Shown: piece by piece, positions 21,849 through 34,296 of the stretch
Layout: every line of letters begins with the position of its first letter
How positions within the stretch are numbered: the stretch's first letter is position 1
Assembly: GCA_001724265.1 (NCBI GenBank)
Contig: MEDY01000206.1
Location: 1-51,661, forward strand
Length of the DNA: 51,661 nt
DNA from: Rhizaria sp. SCN 62-66
Lineage: Eukaryota
Direction of reading: 5' to 3'
Position numbers and translations under genes: made by a program
The notes under the pieces: generated by a model
Databases searched by the model: none
Seen by the model: the letters and a program-made list of their open reading frames with translations, nothing else
Told to the model about the DNA's origin: nothing

Positions 21849-24800
21849 TTAGCCCCTGCGCGATGTCGACGGAGGCTGGTAGTCGTCGTCGTCGTCGTCG
21901 GCGTTATCACCAGCAGCAAAGTCGTTCGCGGCATGAGCATACGCTGCAGGAGCACCACCAGCCGCACGATCCTCCTCGGAGTCAGCCCGCGCCCACGCCT
22001 CCACGGCCTCCACCTCAGCATCCACGTGAGCGTGCGCGTGCGCGGAGTGTTCGTGGTGGTGGTCGGGCTCGCCGTCTTCGTAGCAGTCGTCCAGCGACAG
22101 CGTTAAGTCGCGTCTCGCGCCGCTGTGGCAGTGTGCGTTTCCTTGCTCCTGTTGCTCATGTTCCTCATGCTCTGCATCGATCTGTGGCTGCGATGCAGTG
22201 TTAGTAGCACCACTGTTCGTGGTGGCAGGTTGCGCCGCCGCCGCCGCCGATGACCGGGGCGAGACATTCCCGTGGGACACATTCCTGGGCGACGCCGACC
22301 GAGGCGATACAGATCGGGGCGAAGTTGAGCGCGGCGACGCAGAGCGGGGCGACGAGGACCGGGGCGGTGCCAGCGGCGAGACGTTGCGCGGCGACAGCGA
22401 CGCCCTGCGGGCACCGGCGCCACCCGCACTCGCACTGGCCGTTGTCGCCGTCGTGGTATTGGCGACAGCGCCGCCCACGGTGTTGTGCGTGTTGGTGATG
22501 GCGCTGCCGTCGGGGTACACGCTCGGCATCGGCAGCATCGGCAGCACCACGGGCCCTGGCTTCGGCGACTTAAGCGACAAGGACAGCGATGCCGCCGCGG
22601 CAGCTGTGGCCGCCGCGGTCGTCACCGGCCCAATCGCTGCGGCTGATGTCGTTGGCGTCGCGGTTTGCGGTGCTGCAAATGACGATGTCGCAGACGGAGG
22701 CGGCGCGACGGCGCCCGCGACATCAGCCGAGTCTGAGGCGAGAGAGCTCTCCGCGGTCGCGCTAGCCTTCGAGATGCCGCTGTTCGCATTGCTTGTGGGC
22801 TTGGACAGAGAGCCAGGAGGGCGCAAGCGAGACGGGGTGCGCGCGATAGTGCTCGCAATAACGCTCACACCGGTGCTGTTTGTGGCGCTACGCGAGTTCG
22901 AGCGAATGTTGGCTGTAGTCGTATTCAGACTTGCAGACTTCGATGAAACGGGAGATGTTAAGCAGTCACGCACAGTCGATGATGTCCTGACGTTAGAAGG
23001 CACCCTGGCAGTGGACTCGCCCCTGACACCGGCCCCAGCAACAGTGGGGCCAGCGGGGCTCTTGATGTTACCACTGCCGCTAGTCCTGCTTGTTGATGTT
23101 GCTGTAATAGACTTGCGTGGTGTGACAGTTGACGCCGTTGCCGTTGAGCGAATCGGCGAGCGCGCTCCCCAGCGCGGGCGCTCCTGAAGTTTGGCCGCCT
23201 CCGCACCCAGCTTCGCCGAGCTCGACTGAGGCTTCGCGGCGCTCGCAGGAAGCTTAGTCGCGGTCGCCGTCGGGCTCGTAACACTGTCGCCGTGCGCGTT
23301 GGCCGCGAAGGACGGGCGCCGGAGACGGCTCGGCGTGGTGCTAACAGTCGCGACATTGCCACTCGTAGTTGTGCGCGGTGTGCTCACGCCGCCCGTTGCG
23401 CGAGCCCGCGACGGAGTGCGGCTGTGCGCCGCGCTGTGTGCCGCGCTGTGTGTAATGCCGTGCGCAGCGGTCAAGCGGCCGCTCGCAGCCGGACTGCTCG
23501 CAGCCAGTCCAGGAGGACTCTTCCCAGCAGCAGCAGCAGCGGCAGCTCCAGAGGCAGCGTTGTTGCTGTTAGTAATAACCTGGGGCTGCAGCGAGGTCAT
23601 CGCCATCATGTGCTTGCTGTTGAGGATGAAGCTGCTGCCCGTGCTGTAGTTGCTCTCGGTCTCATCGTTGTTCCCGTTGTTAAGCCCCACGACGTTGTCT
23701 GCATCGTTGTTCACGTTGAGCACGCCAAGACTGTCGAACCCATCGTCGGGGTCCGCGCCCTCGTAGATGCCGCCGCGCGAATACACGCCGCCCGCGGAGG
23801 AGCTCAGCGCGCCCTGTTTTTGCTTCGCGATCATCGCAGCGGCGACGGCGTCTTTCGTCGCAGTGGCCACGGTGGCGACATTCATGCTCGAGCTGCCGCT
23901 GTTACTGTCCGCGCTTACGGGGTTCTTCTTGCTTTTCATGCTGTTGGCGTAGGCCTCCGCGTTGACAGGCGGCGACGGCGACGGCGTGGGCGAGAGCGGC
24001 TTTGCCAGCGAGTGCGACTGTGCCTTCGACAGCGACTGCGAGCTCGGCAGCGCGTGGCCGCGGCTCTGAGCGCGACTGTGGGCGCTGCTGTGGTCCTCAG
24101 CAGTCTCTCGCATGGAGCTGCTGGGGCTCCCGCCAATCCCCGTGCGGTCCACAACGCCCCCAGTCTTGCCCTGGCCCTGGGGGTGACTCGGCGCGTGCGC
24201 GTGCGCCTGCGCGGGCGCGCGCGGCGGGCTGTAGCCCTCGCGCTGCCACCGGCCGCGGGGCTTGGCCTTGGCAGCAGCACTGTCGGTGGTCGCGGTCGTA
24301 GGGGAGGCAACGGCGTTGCGATTTGCCTCTCTAACGTCGGCTTCAGCATCGCTGTCGACTGCGTCAGCAGCGGCAGAGGCGGCTTCGGCCTCGGCAGCCA
24401 CGTCGTTAGTGCTCCTGTGCTTCACAGTGGGACTGCCGCTGCCAGTTACATCACTCACGGTCACGACGACAGGCTGAAGCTGCTGCTGCTGAGGCTGAGG
24501 GTTCTGACTCGCGCTCACGTCGCTGTGCCCGTAGCCGAGGCCGTGCGCAGTTGTGTGCGTAATGGTGTGCGAAGGCGAGGGCACTGCGGAGGCGGAGCGG
24601 GAGCGAATGTGCGTCGGCGACCGCGGCAGTCGCAAACTAGAGCTATTGGAGCTCGAGCCAAAGCTGCTGCTGCTGCCAGTGTTAGGCACGGTTAGCACGG
24701 CAGCGGCGTCGATGACGGACTGGTGCCGCACATGTTGGCCACTGGGACCGTGAGCGTCGTTGCTGTTGCCGATGCCGCTGATGTGTTCGCCGTGCTTTTG

Positions 24801-27800
24801 CGGGGACGCGCGCCGCTGGGGTTGCGACTGCGCGTGCAGCTGCGCCACGACACGGCCGTCGATGTCTGCGTTGGCGGTGCCGTCGCCGTGTTGATGCTCC
24901 AGCTGCGGCGTTCTGACGAGCGAGGGCGCGGTGTAAGCCGACGACTGTGAGCGCACAGTGCCGGCAACGGGCGACTGCGGGCGCAGTGCAACGACAGGCG
25001 ACTGAGAGCGCAACACAGCGGTCGGCGACTGCGACTTAAAACTGCTGCTGCTTCCGCCACCACCATTGTTCGGAGTAGTAGTTGCAGCGTTATGGTTGCT
25101 GTTGCCGTTGCTATACATCATGTCCTTCGCGCGCGCCTCGCTCTCGGCCTGCGCGCGCGCGGCGAGCAGCGCCTGCGTGTCGGCCTGCGACTGCTGCTGC
25201 GCGCGCGTCAGCACCAACAGCCGCGGCGACAGCGGCCGCAGCACCCCCGTCGTCAGCAGCGACGACTGCGACGGCGAGCCCGGCGCGTCCCCGCTGTCGC
25301 CGCCGTGTGCATGCGCACCGGCGTGGTGCGGCGGCGAGAGCGACCGGTCCTCGTAGCGCCGCGCGGCGACCGCGGGAGCCAGCGCCAGCCCGTGCTTGGC
25401 GGTGACGAAGCCGCGGCCGGCGGGCACGATGGTCGTCGCCACTGTGGACGCGAGCCCGCCGCCGCCGCCAGCGCCGTTGACACGGAACGGGTGCGGGTGC
25501 GCGACAACGCCGCCGCTGCCGCTGCTGCCGCCGTGGGGCGAGAGCGCAAGCGCGAGGGTGGCGGCGCTGAGGCGGCGCGAGTGCTGCGGCGACTGAGTGC
25601 GCGAGGCCGACTGCGTGCGCGACAGCGACTGCGAGTACGCGGGAGACTGCGAGCGCGACAAAGACTGCGAGTGCGAGCGCGCGTGAGACAACGACTGTGA
25701 GGCTGCGGGAGACTGCGAGCGCGACAGACTGTGAGACGGTTGCTCTTGCTCTTGCTCACGTTGTTGATGCTGCTCCTGTTGCTGCTGGTGCTTTTGAGAG
25801 TCATCGTTATCACCATTGTCGTTGTTAACATCGTTGTTATCTTGGTTGTCGACATAGTTCCATTCGCCCTCGTTGCTGTTGTTGTTGCTATTATCGATCG
25901 CAGGAGGCGACTTGGAATGCGCACGTCGCGAACTGTCCAGCGGGGGCTCGTAATCGTCATCAACGCCAGTGTAGTCCAGTTCGACGCCAGTGTCAGCGCT
26001 CAAATCCCCGGTGTGAGCGCCAGAGTTGGCTGTGAGGGCGATAGAGTCGGCTGTGTGGGTGCCATCAACGCCATCAAGAGTGTCTTCGTCGGGGTTGTAC
26101 GCACCGTCGCCTTCACCGTCGATACCATGGCCGCTGACCTCGGGGTGCGCGTAGTCGTCGTCAGTGTGGTTCTCATTGTGCTGGTCCTCGTCGCCACCGA
26201 CGTTCTCAGGCTCACTGTTGTTGTCGACACCGTAGTTGTTGTTCCCATCATTGTCGTTGTTGTCGAAATCGATATCGCCGTTGTTGTAGTCGCGGTCATA
26301 GGCGTGATCAACGCTGTTATCGGCGTCGTTGTAATGGTCATCGTACTCAGCGCAATTCGAGTCGTCATGAGACTGGACATGAGACTGCAAACGTAGTTGC
26401 TGCTGCTGCTGCTTCCGCTGCTCTTGCTGCAGTGCTGCAGCGTGCTCAATCAATGCAATTACTTCCGGCTCTGCGGCAATCACCGCCCGCTGTGTCTTCT
26501 CCGCCTTCGCCAGCGCCGGCGCCAGCAGCGGCGTCACTGCGGCGACAATCCCCACAATGCCCTGCACCGCGGCGCAGCAGTACGCGCAGCCGGCGCCGTG
26601 GTGGCCCTCTGCGCAGTCGTCGCTGCGGCTCCGAGTGCAGTTGGCGTGGGCGGGCACGGCGATGCCGCCGATGGCCACGAGCGCGGCCGAGAGCGTATCG
26701 AAGGGCGGACTTACACCCGGCGCTGTGTTGCCGCTGTTGGCGTTGGCGACGGCCGCAGCAGCAGCAGTGTGTAGACTGTGGGCGATGAGGGCAGCTTGAC
26801 TTCGAGGCGACATGGCAACAGTTTGGCCACTGGTGAAATGCTGAAGGAATGCCAGCGTCTGATCCACGCTTTCGTCCTCGCTCACATAGTCGGCGCCAGT
26901 GCGGGCAACGCGAGAGCCGGCGGCTGCTGCCGCGGCTGCTGCCGCGGCTGCTGCAATAGGCGTGTAGAGCCGACTGAGCGCGCTAAGTGCCTCCGGAGTC
27001 AGAGCGAACCCGCCCTTAGACGCACTGACATTAGAGTCACCATCGACAGCACCAGAGCCAGTCTTGAAGTCAGTTGCAGACGCAGCAGCAGTGGCAGCAG
27101 CGTTAGCCGTGGCTGCAAGCAGTTGCTGCACCGAGAAAGGCATCTCAGCCGCACTGTAGATCAAGCTGTCGTGTGCAGAGGCAAAGCCGCCTGCCTGCTG
27201 CCCGTGAACACCAGACATGTCGTCATCATAGTCATCACTCTCGCGAGTGGTAGCAACCTTGCTGTAGTTGTTGTGAAACTGAATGCCGAGAACTGCAGTC
27301 GTCGCCGCCTCCACGGCGGTGGCAATGGTATCGCTCGCTCTTCCGCACTCGGCAACCGCGGCGACGGAGTCAAAGTCAAGCCGCTCTTTCCGCTGCTGAG
27401 CCGCCACGCTGTTCGAGCCGTCGCTCGCGATCGCGGCGGGGACCGCGGCGGGAACGTTGAACGCCGCGGGGTCCGCCGAGATCGCGTGCTGCACGACGAT
27501 CGCCCTCTCGAGCAGCTCCACGCGCGTCACCAGCCCGGCTTCACGGTGTGTTCTCGCCAGCAGCGCACCCTCCGCGGCCCGCAGCTCCGCGGCCTGCGAC
27601 TTCAGTGTGGCCGCCTGCGCGTTCAGCTTGGCCGCCATGGCGTGGAGCTCCGCCTCGGCAAGGGACGTGTTGGCCTCGTGCTGTCGCTTATAGCGCGCCA
27701 GCTGGGCCAGCAGCCGGTGGTTCAGAGACGTCAGGGACGCGACCGACGCCGCAGAGTCAGAGGCGGCGTCGGGCGCGTTCGCGTTGTTCGCATTCATGCT

Positions 27801-28592
27801 CGCGTTGGCGTTGCTCATGTTGCTGTTTGGGACAGAGGGCGGGGTCGGCAGTGGGGGTAGCGTCCTCGCGCTCGCACAATTCGTGCCGCCCGTGTTCACG
27901 CCGGAGAGAAAGCTCGCGTTCGCGACGGGGCTGTAGCTCGCGCTGGCGCCCGCGTCGGGGTGATACGCCGCCGCTGCAAACTCGGACTCGTCGTAGACCG
28001 GGGAGGAGCCATAGTGCGCGCCGTAGCCAGGCCCTGCTTGCGCACCGGCGTACCCCTGCTCATACTCCTGCTGCTGCTGTTGCTGCTGCTGTGGGAGCGG
28101 CTGCTGCTGCAAGAAGGGCGCGCAGGCGGCGTGGCTGAGGTATGACTGCGGGTCCAGCGCGCGGGCCGCGCCGGCGTGGCGCCGCTGCCGCTGCTGCTGC
28201 TGCTGCAGCTGCTGCGACGGCGGCAGCGGCTGCGAGGAGAAGCCGCCCTGGCTGTTGCTGTAGCTGCTGCTCGGGGTCACAGTCGCCGCGACGGCGCCGC
28301 TGATGCTGCTGCTAACGGGATCGGTGTTGTTATTGTGGCCGCTGCTGCTGCTGCTGCTTGAAGTCGCAGTGAGTGCAGCGGGGGTGTACGCGTGCGCGGC
28401 GGGCAGCGGGCGCGGCAGAGGCCCAATGGGAAAGGACTCAAAGCGCGAGTGAGGCTGCAGTTGCTGCTGCTCGAACTGCTGGTGCTGTTGCAGCTGCGAA
28501 TGCGATTGCAACGGTTGCTGCGGCTGTTGGTAGTAGGAGTAGTTGTGATGCTGCTGGTGCGCGGGGTTCGTCGCTCTAGAAGGCGCAGACAT
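21849..28592 (-). CDS. Uncharacterised 2247-aa largely disordered protein with a short coiled coil
   Basis: Single uninterrupted ATG-to-TAA ORF flanked by AT-rich DNA. Coiled-coil-like stretch near 27490-27740, acidic D/N tract, SQS and SPR repeats. Confidence 0.75.
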   Translation of the reverse strand: MSAPSRATNPAHQQHHNYSYYQQPQQPLQSHSQLQQHQQFEQQQLQPHSRFESFPIGPLPRPLPAAHAYTPAALTATSSSSSSSGHNNNTDPVSSSISGAVAATVTPSSSYSNSQGGFSSQPLPPSQQLQQQQQRQRRHAGAARALDPQSYLSHAACAPFLQQQPLPQQQQQQQQEYEQGYAGAQAGPGYGAHYGSSPVYDESEFAAAAYHPDAGASASYSPVANASFLSGVNTGGTNCASARTLPPLPTPPSVPNSNMSNANASMNANNANAPDAASDSAASVASLTSLNHRLLAQLARYKRQHEANTSLAEAELHAMAAKLNAQAATLKSQAAELRAAEGALLARTHREAGLVTRVELLERAIVVQHAISADPAAFNVPAAVPAAIASDGSNSVAAQQRKERLDFDSVAAVAECGRASDTIATAVEAATTAVLGIQFHNNYSKVATTRESDDYDDDMSGVHGQQAGGFASAHDSLIYSAAEMPFSVQQLLAATANAAATAAASATDFKTGSGAVDGDSNVSASKGGFALTPEALSALSRLYTPIAAAAAAAAAAAAGSRVARTGADYVSEDESVDQTLAFLQHFTSGQTVAMSPRSQAALIAHSLHTAAAAAVANANSGNTAPGVSPPFDTLSAALVAIGGIAVPAHANCTRSRSDDCAEGHHGAGCAYCCAAVQGIVGIVAAVTPLLAPALAKAEKTQRAVIAAEPEVIALIEHAAALQQEQRKQQQQQLRLQSHVQSHDDSNCAEYDDHYNDADNSVDHAYDRDYNNGDIDFDNNDNDGNNNYGVDNNSEPENVGGDEDQHNENHTDDDYAHPEVSGHGIDGEGDGAYNPDEDTLDGVDGTHTADSIALTANSGAHTGDLSADTGVELDYTGVDDDYEPPLDSSRRAHSKSPPAIDNSNNNSNEGEWNYVDNQDNNDVNNDNGDNDDSQKHQQQQEQHQQREQEQEQPSHSLSRSQSPAASQSLSHARSHSQSLSRSQSPAYSQSLSRTQSASRTQSPQHSRRLSAATLALALSPHGGSSGSGGVVAHPHPFRVNGAGGGGGLASTVATTIVPAGRGFVTAKHGLALAPAVAARRYEDRSLSPPHHAGAHAHGGDSGDAPGSPSQSSLLTTGVLRPLSPRLLVLTRAQQQSQADTQALLAARAQAESEARAKDMMYSNGNSNHNAATTTPNNGGGGSSSSFKSQSPTAVLRSQSPVVALRPQSPVAGTVRSQSSAYTAPSLVRTPQLEHQHGDGTANADIDGRVVAQLHAQSQPQRRASPQKHGEHISGIGNSNDAHGPSGQHVRHQSVIDAAAVLTVPNTGSSSSFGSSSNSSSLRLPRSPTHIRSRSASAVPSPSHTITHTTAHGLGYGHSDVSASQNPQPQQQQLQPVVVTVSDVTGSGSPTVKHRSTNDVAAEAEAASAAADAVDSDAEADVREANRNAVASPTTATTDSAAAKAKPRGRWQREGYSPPRAPAQAHAHAPSHPQGQGKTGGVVDRTGIGGSPSSSMRETAEDHSSAHSRAQSRGHALPSSQSLSKAQSHSLAKPLSPTPSPSPPVNAEAYANSMKSKKNPVSADSNSGSSSMNVATVATATKDAVAAAMIAKQKQGALSSSAGGVYSRGGIYEGADPDDGFDSLGVLNVNNDADNVVGLNNGNNDETESNYSTGSSFILNSKHMMAMTSLQPQVITNSNNAASGAAAAAAAGKSPPGLAASSPAASGRLTAAHGITHSAAHSAAHSRTPSRARATGGVSTPRTTTSGNVATVSTTPSRLRRPSFAANAHGDSVTSPTATATKLPASAAKPQSSSAKLGAEAAKLQERPRWGARSPIRSTATASTVTPRKSITATSTSRTSGSGNIKSPAGPTVAGAGVRGESTARVPSNVRTSSTVRDCLTSPVSSKSASLNTTTANIRSNSRSATNSTGVSVIASTIARTPSRLRPPGSLSKPTSNANSGISKASATAESSLASDSADVAGAVAPPPSATSSFAAPQTATPTTSAAAIGPVTTAAATAAAAASLSLSLKSPKPGPVVLPMLPMPSVYPDGSAITNTHNTVGGAVANTTTATTASASAGGAGARRASLSPRNVSPLAPPRSSSPRSASPRSTSPRSVSPRSASPRNVSHGNVSPRSSAAAAAQPATTNSGATNTASQPQIDAEHEEHEQQEQGNAHCHSGARRDLTLSLDDCYEDGEPDHHHEHSAHAHAHVDAEVEAVEAWARADSEEDRAAGGAPAAYAHAANDFAAGDNADDDDDDYQPPSTSRRG

Positions 28593-29348
28593 TACGCCGG
28601 CAAAATATTACACGGGTATGTCAGAAGTAGCAGGTTTCTCTGACTGCAGGTAAAGAGTTTACGGCTGTGGCGAACCATGCGAGCAGGGTGGAGGAAAGGG
28701 CGTGAGAGGACGAGAACAGGCGGAAAGAAAACCTAAGATTTGGTCAAGCTAAACATGTTATAAGACATATCCAAATTCGTACAAATATATTTTCTATAAA
28801 GATAAACCATTACAAAGAGTCATGCTTTCACTGACGCTCAAATGTTTGAATTATAGCTGCTTTAAGTTGGGATACTATCGCTCGTCCAAGAGCGAGCTCC
28901 AACGACTGGCGCGAAGGCGCGTCTCAACGAACACTGCAGTTATCCAACACATGATCGTTATTCTTGCTTGGTTTAACTTTGCCAACAATTTTTTTGCTCT
29001 ATTAGGTATTCACTTTTAAATCTAGGACTGCAGAGTCCGATCCAGCCACCTAGCCATGCACTTCTTTTCCCAATCTGTTCGCCTTTTTCTCCCCTCCATC
29101 TTTCCTTCTCTCTGTAGCTTGTTTATGTGAACAAAGATAATTATCTTACTGAGATTCTCCTTTAATCTGTCACACCTATATGGTATCTTATTGTTATTTT
29201 TACAATGTACTTTTTTTTCCTTCCCTGTACTCTCTTTAAGGTTCGAACCCGAGACTCGTGTCCATTTCGACTACACAACCCCACATCGCTCTCGTCACAG
29301 CGCGCCCGCTCTGCACACTCTTGAGCCTGGCTCTGCCCCTTTGCTGCT

Positions 29349-32300
29349 ATGGCGTCATTTTCTCCCAGCGGCGGCCAGGAACACCGCATCCTGTCCCTGC
29401 TGCCTCTCCTGGTCGACTCAATCCTTCCTGCTGCCAACAACACCAGCAGCAATATGGCGGCTCTGGTCGACGCCAAGCGCGCCTCGCTGGCGTCCTTCCT
29501 GCAGCGCCTATGCTCTTCGCGCCTCAGTCCCGACCCGCTCGCGCTTGCGCCCTTCACCCTCTCCGCGCGCGCCGCCACCGTCGCTGCCGCCGCCGCCACT
29601 GCAGCCTCCGCGTCTCATACTGCCTTCGGGTCTGGCTCAGCGTCCGGCGCGGCGGTGGCGGCGCGTGCCCGCGCCGAGCAGGCCGTGACCGCGTTCCTGT
29701 CGCCGCACGCACCTGCCGCGCGTCTATTACGTCAGCGCGAGAGCGTGCTGTATCTCCTGCTCTCGCTGGCGCAGTCTATCGGCAACGGAGTCAACACAAG
29801 CGCGCCTGCTCTGAGCTCGAGTGTGTCCGCTAACAATGCTTACGCTGCGAGTGCGAGCCGCTTTGACGCCGGGATGGGGCTCCAGACCTCCGGCCTCAGC
29901 GCCCCCTACAACAACGCCGGACAGCAGCAGCAGCAGCTCTCTGGCCCTGCGCGGGCTCCGTGCCACGGTGTGAACCCCGCGATGAGCGGCCACAGTGCCT
30001 CCAGCAGTGCGACAAGCAGCGCCAGCGCCAGCGGCGGATTCAGGCTGGCGACTGCGCCCGCCCCGCAGTATCAGCCGAACGCGCTGCCTTCGTTTACCCT
30101 CTACAACAACAACGGCAGCGTCAGCAGCAGCAGCAGCAGCGCCAGTGCCAGCGCCAGCAACGCGGCCGCTAAGATCAACCTATCGCCCGATTTGCCCGAG
30201 TCTGTGCTGCTGCACGACCTTTTTTCGGTCCTGCAGGGCCTCCCGGGTCGCTACATCCACGCCGACGCCGCCCCCGCCTCCGCCTCTTCACAGCCGCAGT
30301 CGCTGACTAGCAGTGCGAACGCTGGCGGCAGCGTGACCGCGGGCGGCTGGGCCGTGGCGGCCTCGGCGGGGGCGACGCTGGCGCAGCGGCTGCTGATCCG
30401 CCGGCTGGGTGCGTTGGGGTCACTCTACGCACGCGTCGACGCCGTCGCTAAGGGGACGCTTACATCGCAGGCGCAGAGCCCCTTACACGCGAGCGCCAGC
30501 GCGAGCGCCAGTGCCGGCAGCAGCGGGGGGCTGATCCGGCAGGCGTACTGCGAGGCCCTTACAGCGGAGCTCGACGCCTACTTACACGCGCTCATGTCGC
30601 TCCAAACCCAGCTCCCTCCGCTCCCTGACTCCACAAACAGCAACAGCAACAACAACAACAGCAACAACAGCGTCGCGAGCTCGCAGTCGCAGCTGACGCT
30701 GCGGCGCGTGTGGGCGTGGGCGCAAGAACCCCTTGCGCGGCTGCGCGCGCTGGCCGCGCTCTGCGACAGCGTCGGCGGCGCCACGGGTGGCGCGCTGCTC
30801 ACGGTCCTCCACGCGCTCTGCGGCGACGACTCGAGTGCGGGCACCAACGCCGGTAGCAGCAGCGGCAGCGGCTCGGCCAGCTCCATCTATAATCACTCCG
30901 CGGATGACGCATCTTATAGTAACAACGGCGGCTTCGGCTATGGGTTCGGTGTGCCGTGCGCGAGCGCGGGCGGCGCGGCGGGCGCGGCGGGCTGCGACGC
31001 CGAGATGCGCGTGTGCGCGGGCCGCGTCCTAACAGCCGCTGCGCGCCCGCTGCTGGCGATGGCGCAACACTGGCTCGCCACGGGCGCGCTCGCCGATCCC
31101 TTCGACGAGTTCTTCATCGTCAACACCAACCATGGCAACAACAGCAACAGTGCTACGAGCGCGAGCGCGACTGGCACTGGTTCTGCGAGCTCCAGCTCGA
31201 GCTCGAGCTCCAGTGCGAGCGCGCTGTGGCATCAGCGGTACTGCCTGCTGCCGGCGCGCGTGCCCAGCTTCGTGCCCTGGCCGCTCGCGCAGACGATACT
31301 GCTGGCCGGCAAGAGCGTGCTTTTTATCCGAGAGGCCTGCGCGCAGCCCGGCTTCGCGCTCACTTGCCGCCTCTCCCACTCCGACGCCGTTGCTGCGGCA
31401 GTCGCGGCGGCGGACGCGGCGGCGGACGCGGCCGACGCGGCGCTTACGCGCGGCGCAGTCTCAGTGGGCTCCGACTGCGGCTACGGCTTCGGCGGCAACA
31501 GTAGCAACAGCTTGAGTGCTGTGGATGCCTTCAGACCGAGCAACGTCAACGGTGCCGGCCAAGGCGACGACTACAACGGTATCCTCGCTGCAGCCGGGTT
31601 TTCTCTCTCCAACATCTCTGCGCACAGTAATAGTAGCGCCAACGCGCTCGCTTACAGTAGCTCCAGTAGCAACAGCAACAGCAGCAGCAGCAGTAGTTTG
31701 GAGGCCGTCGCGGTGCGCGCCGCCGCGGCCGCGTCCGCGCACCTGATGTACCTGCTGGACACACGCTTCGCGCTGCGGCGGCACTTCGCGGCGCTGCACG
31801 ACTTCGTGCTGCTGGGCAGCGGCGAGTTTGCGCGCGCGCTGCTGGCCGCTGCGGCGCCTGAGCTGGGCCGCCACGCAGTCACGGTCGCGCCTCACCACAT
31901 GCAGGCCGTGGTCGACGCGGCTATGGCGCGCCTCACCTCCGCGCCCGCGCCCGGTAAGAGCTCTGCGATCGCTGTGAGCACTGCCGGCGCCGGCGTGAGT
32001 GGGGGCATGAGTGCGGCGGAGCAGGAGGCCGAGGTGCGGGGGCGCGTGCTGGGCCGCATGGTGCGCGGAGGTGATAACGATCGCGCGTGGGACGTGTTCA
32101 CGCTCGATTACGCGCTCGGCGACTCGCCGCTTGCCGCTGTGGTCGACGCCGCGGCGCGCGCGCGCTACATGCGCGTGTTTCGGCTGCTCTGGAAGGTCAA
32201 GCGCGCGGAGGCGGAGCTGGCACAAGTTTGGGCGCTCCATTCGGGCGGCGTCAGCAAAGTCAGGTACGAGATACTCTTCACGCGTTGTGATTTTTCTTTT

Positions 32301-34296
32301 ATTACTTGCTATTTCAATATTTTAACTCATTTTCTAACTATTTAAATTTGTCTTATTCTATCATATAAATTATTTCACGTCATTTTCCTTTGCTTTGTTT
32401 TGTTTTAACTCCGTTAGGATGATGCGCGACCGCGCGACGTCGGCGCTGGTGCAGCGGTGCGCGATTCTGCGTCACGAGCTGGCGCACTTCACCACGGCTA
32501 TCTCTTCATATCTCTCTTTCGAGGTACTCGACGCCGCAGGCGAGCGCTGGCGCGATGCGCTGGCCGCGGGGGGCGTGCAGTCGCTCGACAGGTGCGTCCT
32601 TTACAGTCTCACAGGCTCATAAAAATATTAATCCATGGAGTGATCATTTTCATAGTCTCACACAGTCTACTGAGCTTGTGTTTATTGAGTTATCAAGCTA
32701 TGTTCTCCTCGCTATATGACATTTTCACACTTAAATCACACTTACTCACCAACTATTTCGTCTCTACACATTATTTCTTGTTTTCCCTCCAGTCTGATCG
32801 GCGCTCACGGCCGGTACCTCCACACCCTGGTCTCGGCCGCGCTGCTCGAGGGCCCCGGCGCGAGCGCCGTGCTGGCATACCTGAACCGCCTACTGGACAT
32901 CGGCGTGCAGTACCGCTACCTGCAGGACCGCGCGTATGACGTCATTCTGCAGGAGGCCGCGCGGCGCGAGGAGCGCGACTATGCTATCTTCCTCCTTTCC
33001 GACCCCGCCGCGCTCGCGCTCAACGGCAACGGCAGCGCCGCGAGTGCCAACTCGCACAGCGCCAAGCGCGGCGCCGCTGCGGGGGCGGCGTCCGCCGTGT
33101 CGCTGCTGCCGGTGGCGGCGGCGACGGCGTTCCGCTCGCGCATGCGCGTGGCCGTGACGCGCCACCGCGAGCACCTCCGCCAACAACAGCAACAGCAACA
33201 AGACGCAGCCGCCGGGGCAGGTGCGACGTCACCTTCTGTCGCTGCCGCTGCGGCCGCGGCTGCGCCCGCACCGGCCCAGTCCGCGCTGGCGCGTCGGTAT
33301 CTGCGCCTGGACTCGGCCGAGCGCGCCGCGCGGGCGGCCTATCTGGAGCGGCTGGCTGTCATCACCAAGCAGGTCGTCACCGTACGTTAAGGTTAAGAGA
33401 ACAAGCATTTGGCGACGCTATCACGTGTTATGAGATTAAATTGGCATATTTTAACGATGTAATGAGTTCCAATTTCTTTTATATTTTTCCGGATATTCAT
33501 TCACATCACATCTATCTGACAATATTCCCTTTTTCCTCCGACATTTGGTATCGCTTTTCAGGTCCAGCACGCGCACGAGCGCATGTTGGCGGGCTTCATC
33601 GCCGCCCTCGAGTCCCACAAAGCCCAGGTCCTCGCTCTCGAGCGCTCCTCATCTTCCTCCTCCTCCGTTTTGCCCGCCTCCGCCGGCGCCCCCGCGGCCG
33701 CAAGCAGCGCGACCGCCGGCGGCGCCGCTGCGGGAGCGTCGGTGAGCGCGCTCGTGACTGCCCGCCTGGCCTCCCTCTCGGCCTCCGCCGCCCCCGCCTC
33801 GACGGCCGCGACGGGCTCGGGCGTGCCGCTCGCGCTCGCGCTCGCGGCGCGCGCGTCGCTGTCGGTGGCGCGCGCGCGGCCCGAGGGCGTGACCGAGGCC
33901 GACGCGGGCGCGCTCGCCGCCGCCGAGGCCGCAGTGGCCGGCGCCGACGTCGAGGCCGTCTATCGCGGCTACCGCAGCGCGCGCGCGGGCGGCCGCAACG
34001 CCATCGCGCGCTGCGCCGCGCTGGCGCGGGACGCAGCCATGCACCGCGGCGGCGCGGCCGCAGCCGTCGCGGCGGCGGTGGCGGGCATCAACGGCGGCGA
34101 CAGCGCTGGCGGCATCGGCAGCATCGGCGGCGACAGCGGGGCTGCTGCGGCGGCCGCGGCAGCGGTCAGCAACGCGACGTTCCTGACCGTTAAGGTCGAC
34201 TTTAACGAGTATTACGCGGGCAGCGGCCGGCTGGGCGCGGGGCAACGCGCGAGCGCGGCTGCTGCTGCCGCCGCTGCTGCGGCCGCGAACGAGTGA
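29349..34296 (+). CDS. TUBGCP3: Gamma-tubulin complex component 3 (GCP3/Spc98), ~1470 aa
   Basis: GRIP1/GRIP2 motifs LTLRRVWAW..EPL, GGALL, DPFDEFFI, LWHQRY.L, ILLAGKSV.FIREAC, FVLLGSGEF, WDVFTLDY, YMRVFRLLWKVKRAE, YLSFEVL. Exons 29349-32263, 32418-32591, 32793-33381, 33562-34296. TGA stop. Confidence 0.88.

Noticed and set aside
22240..25735. Short periodic repeats as CRISPR-like or non-coding arrays
   Set aside because: They are in-frame coding repeats (SPR, SQS) with no repeat-spacer structure and no cas genes.
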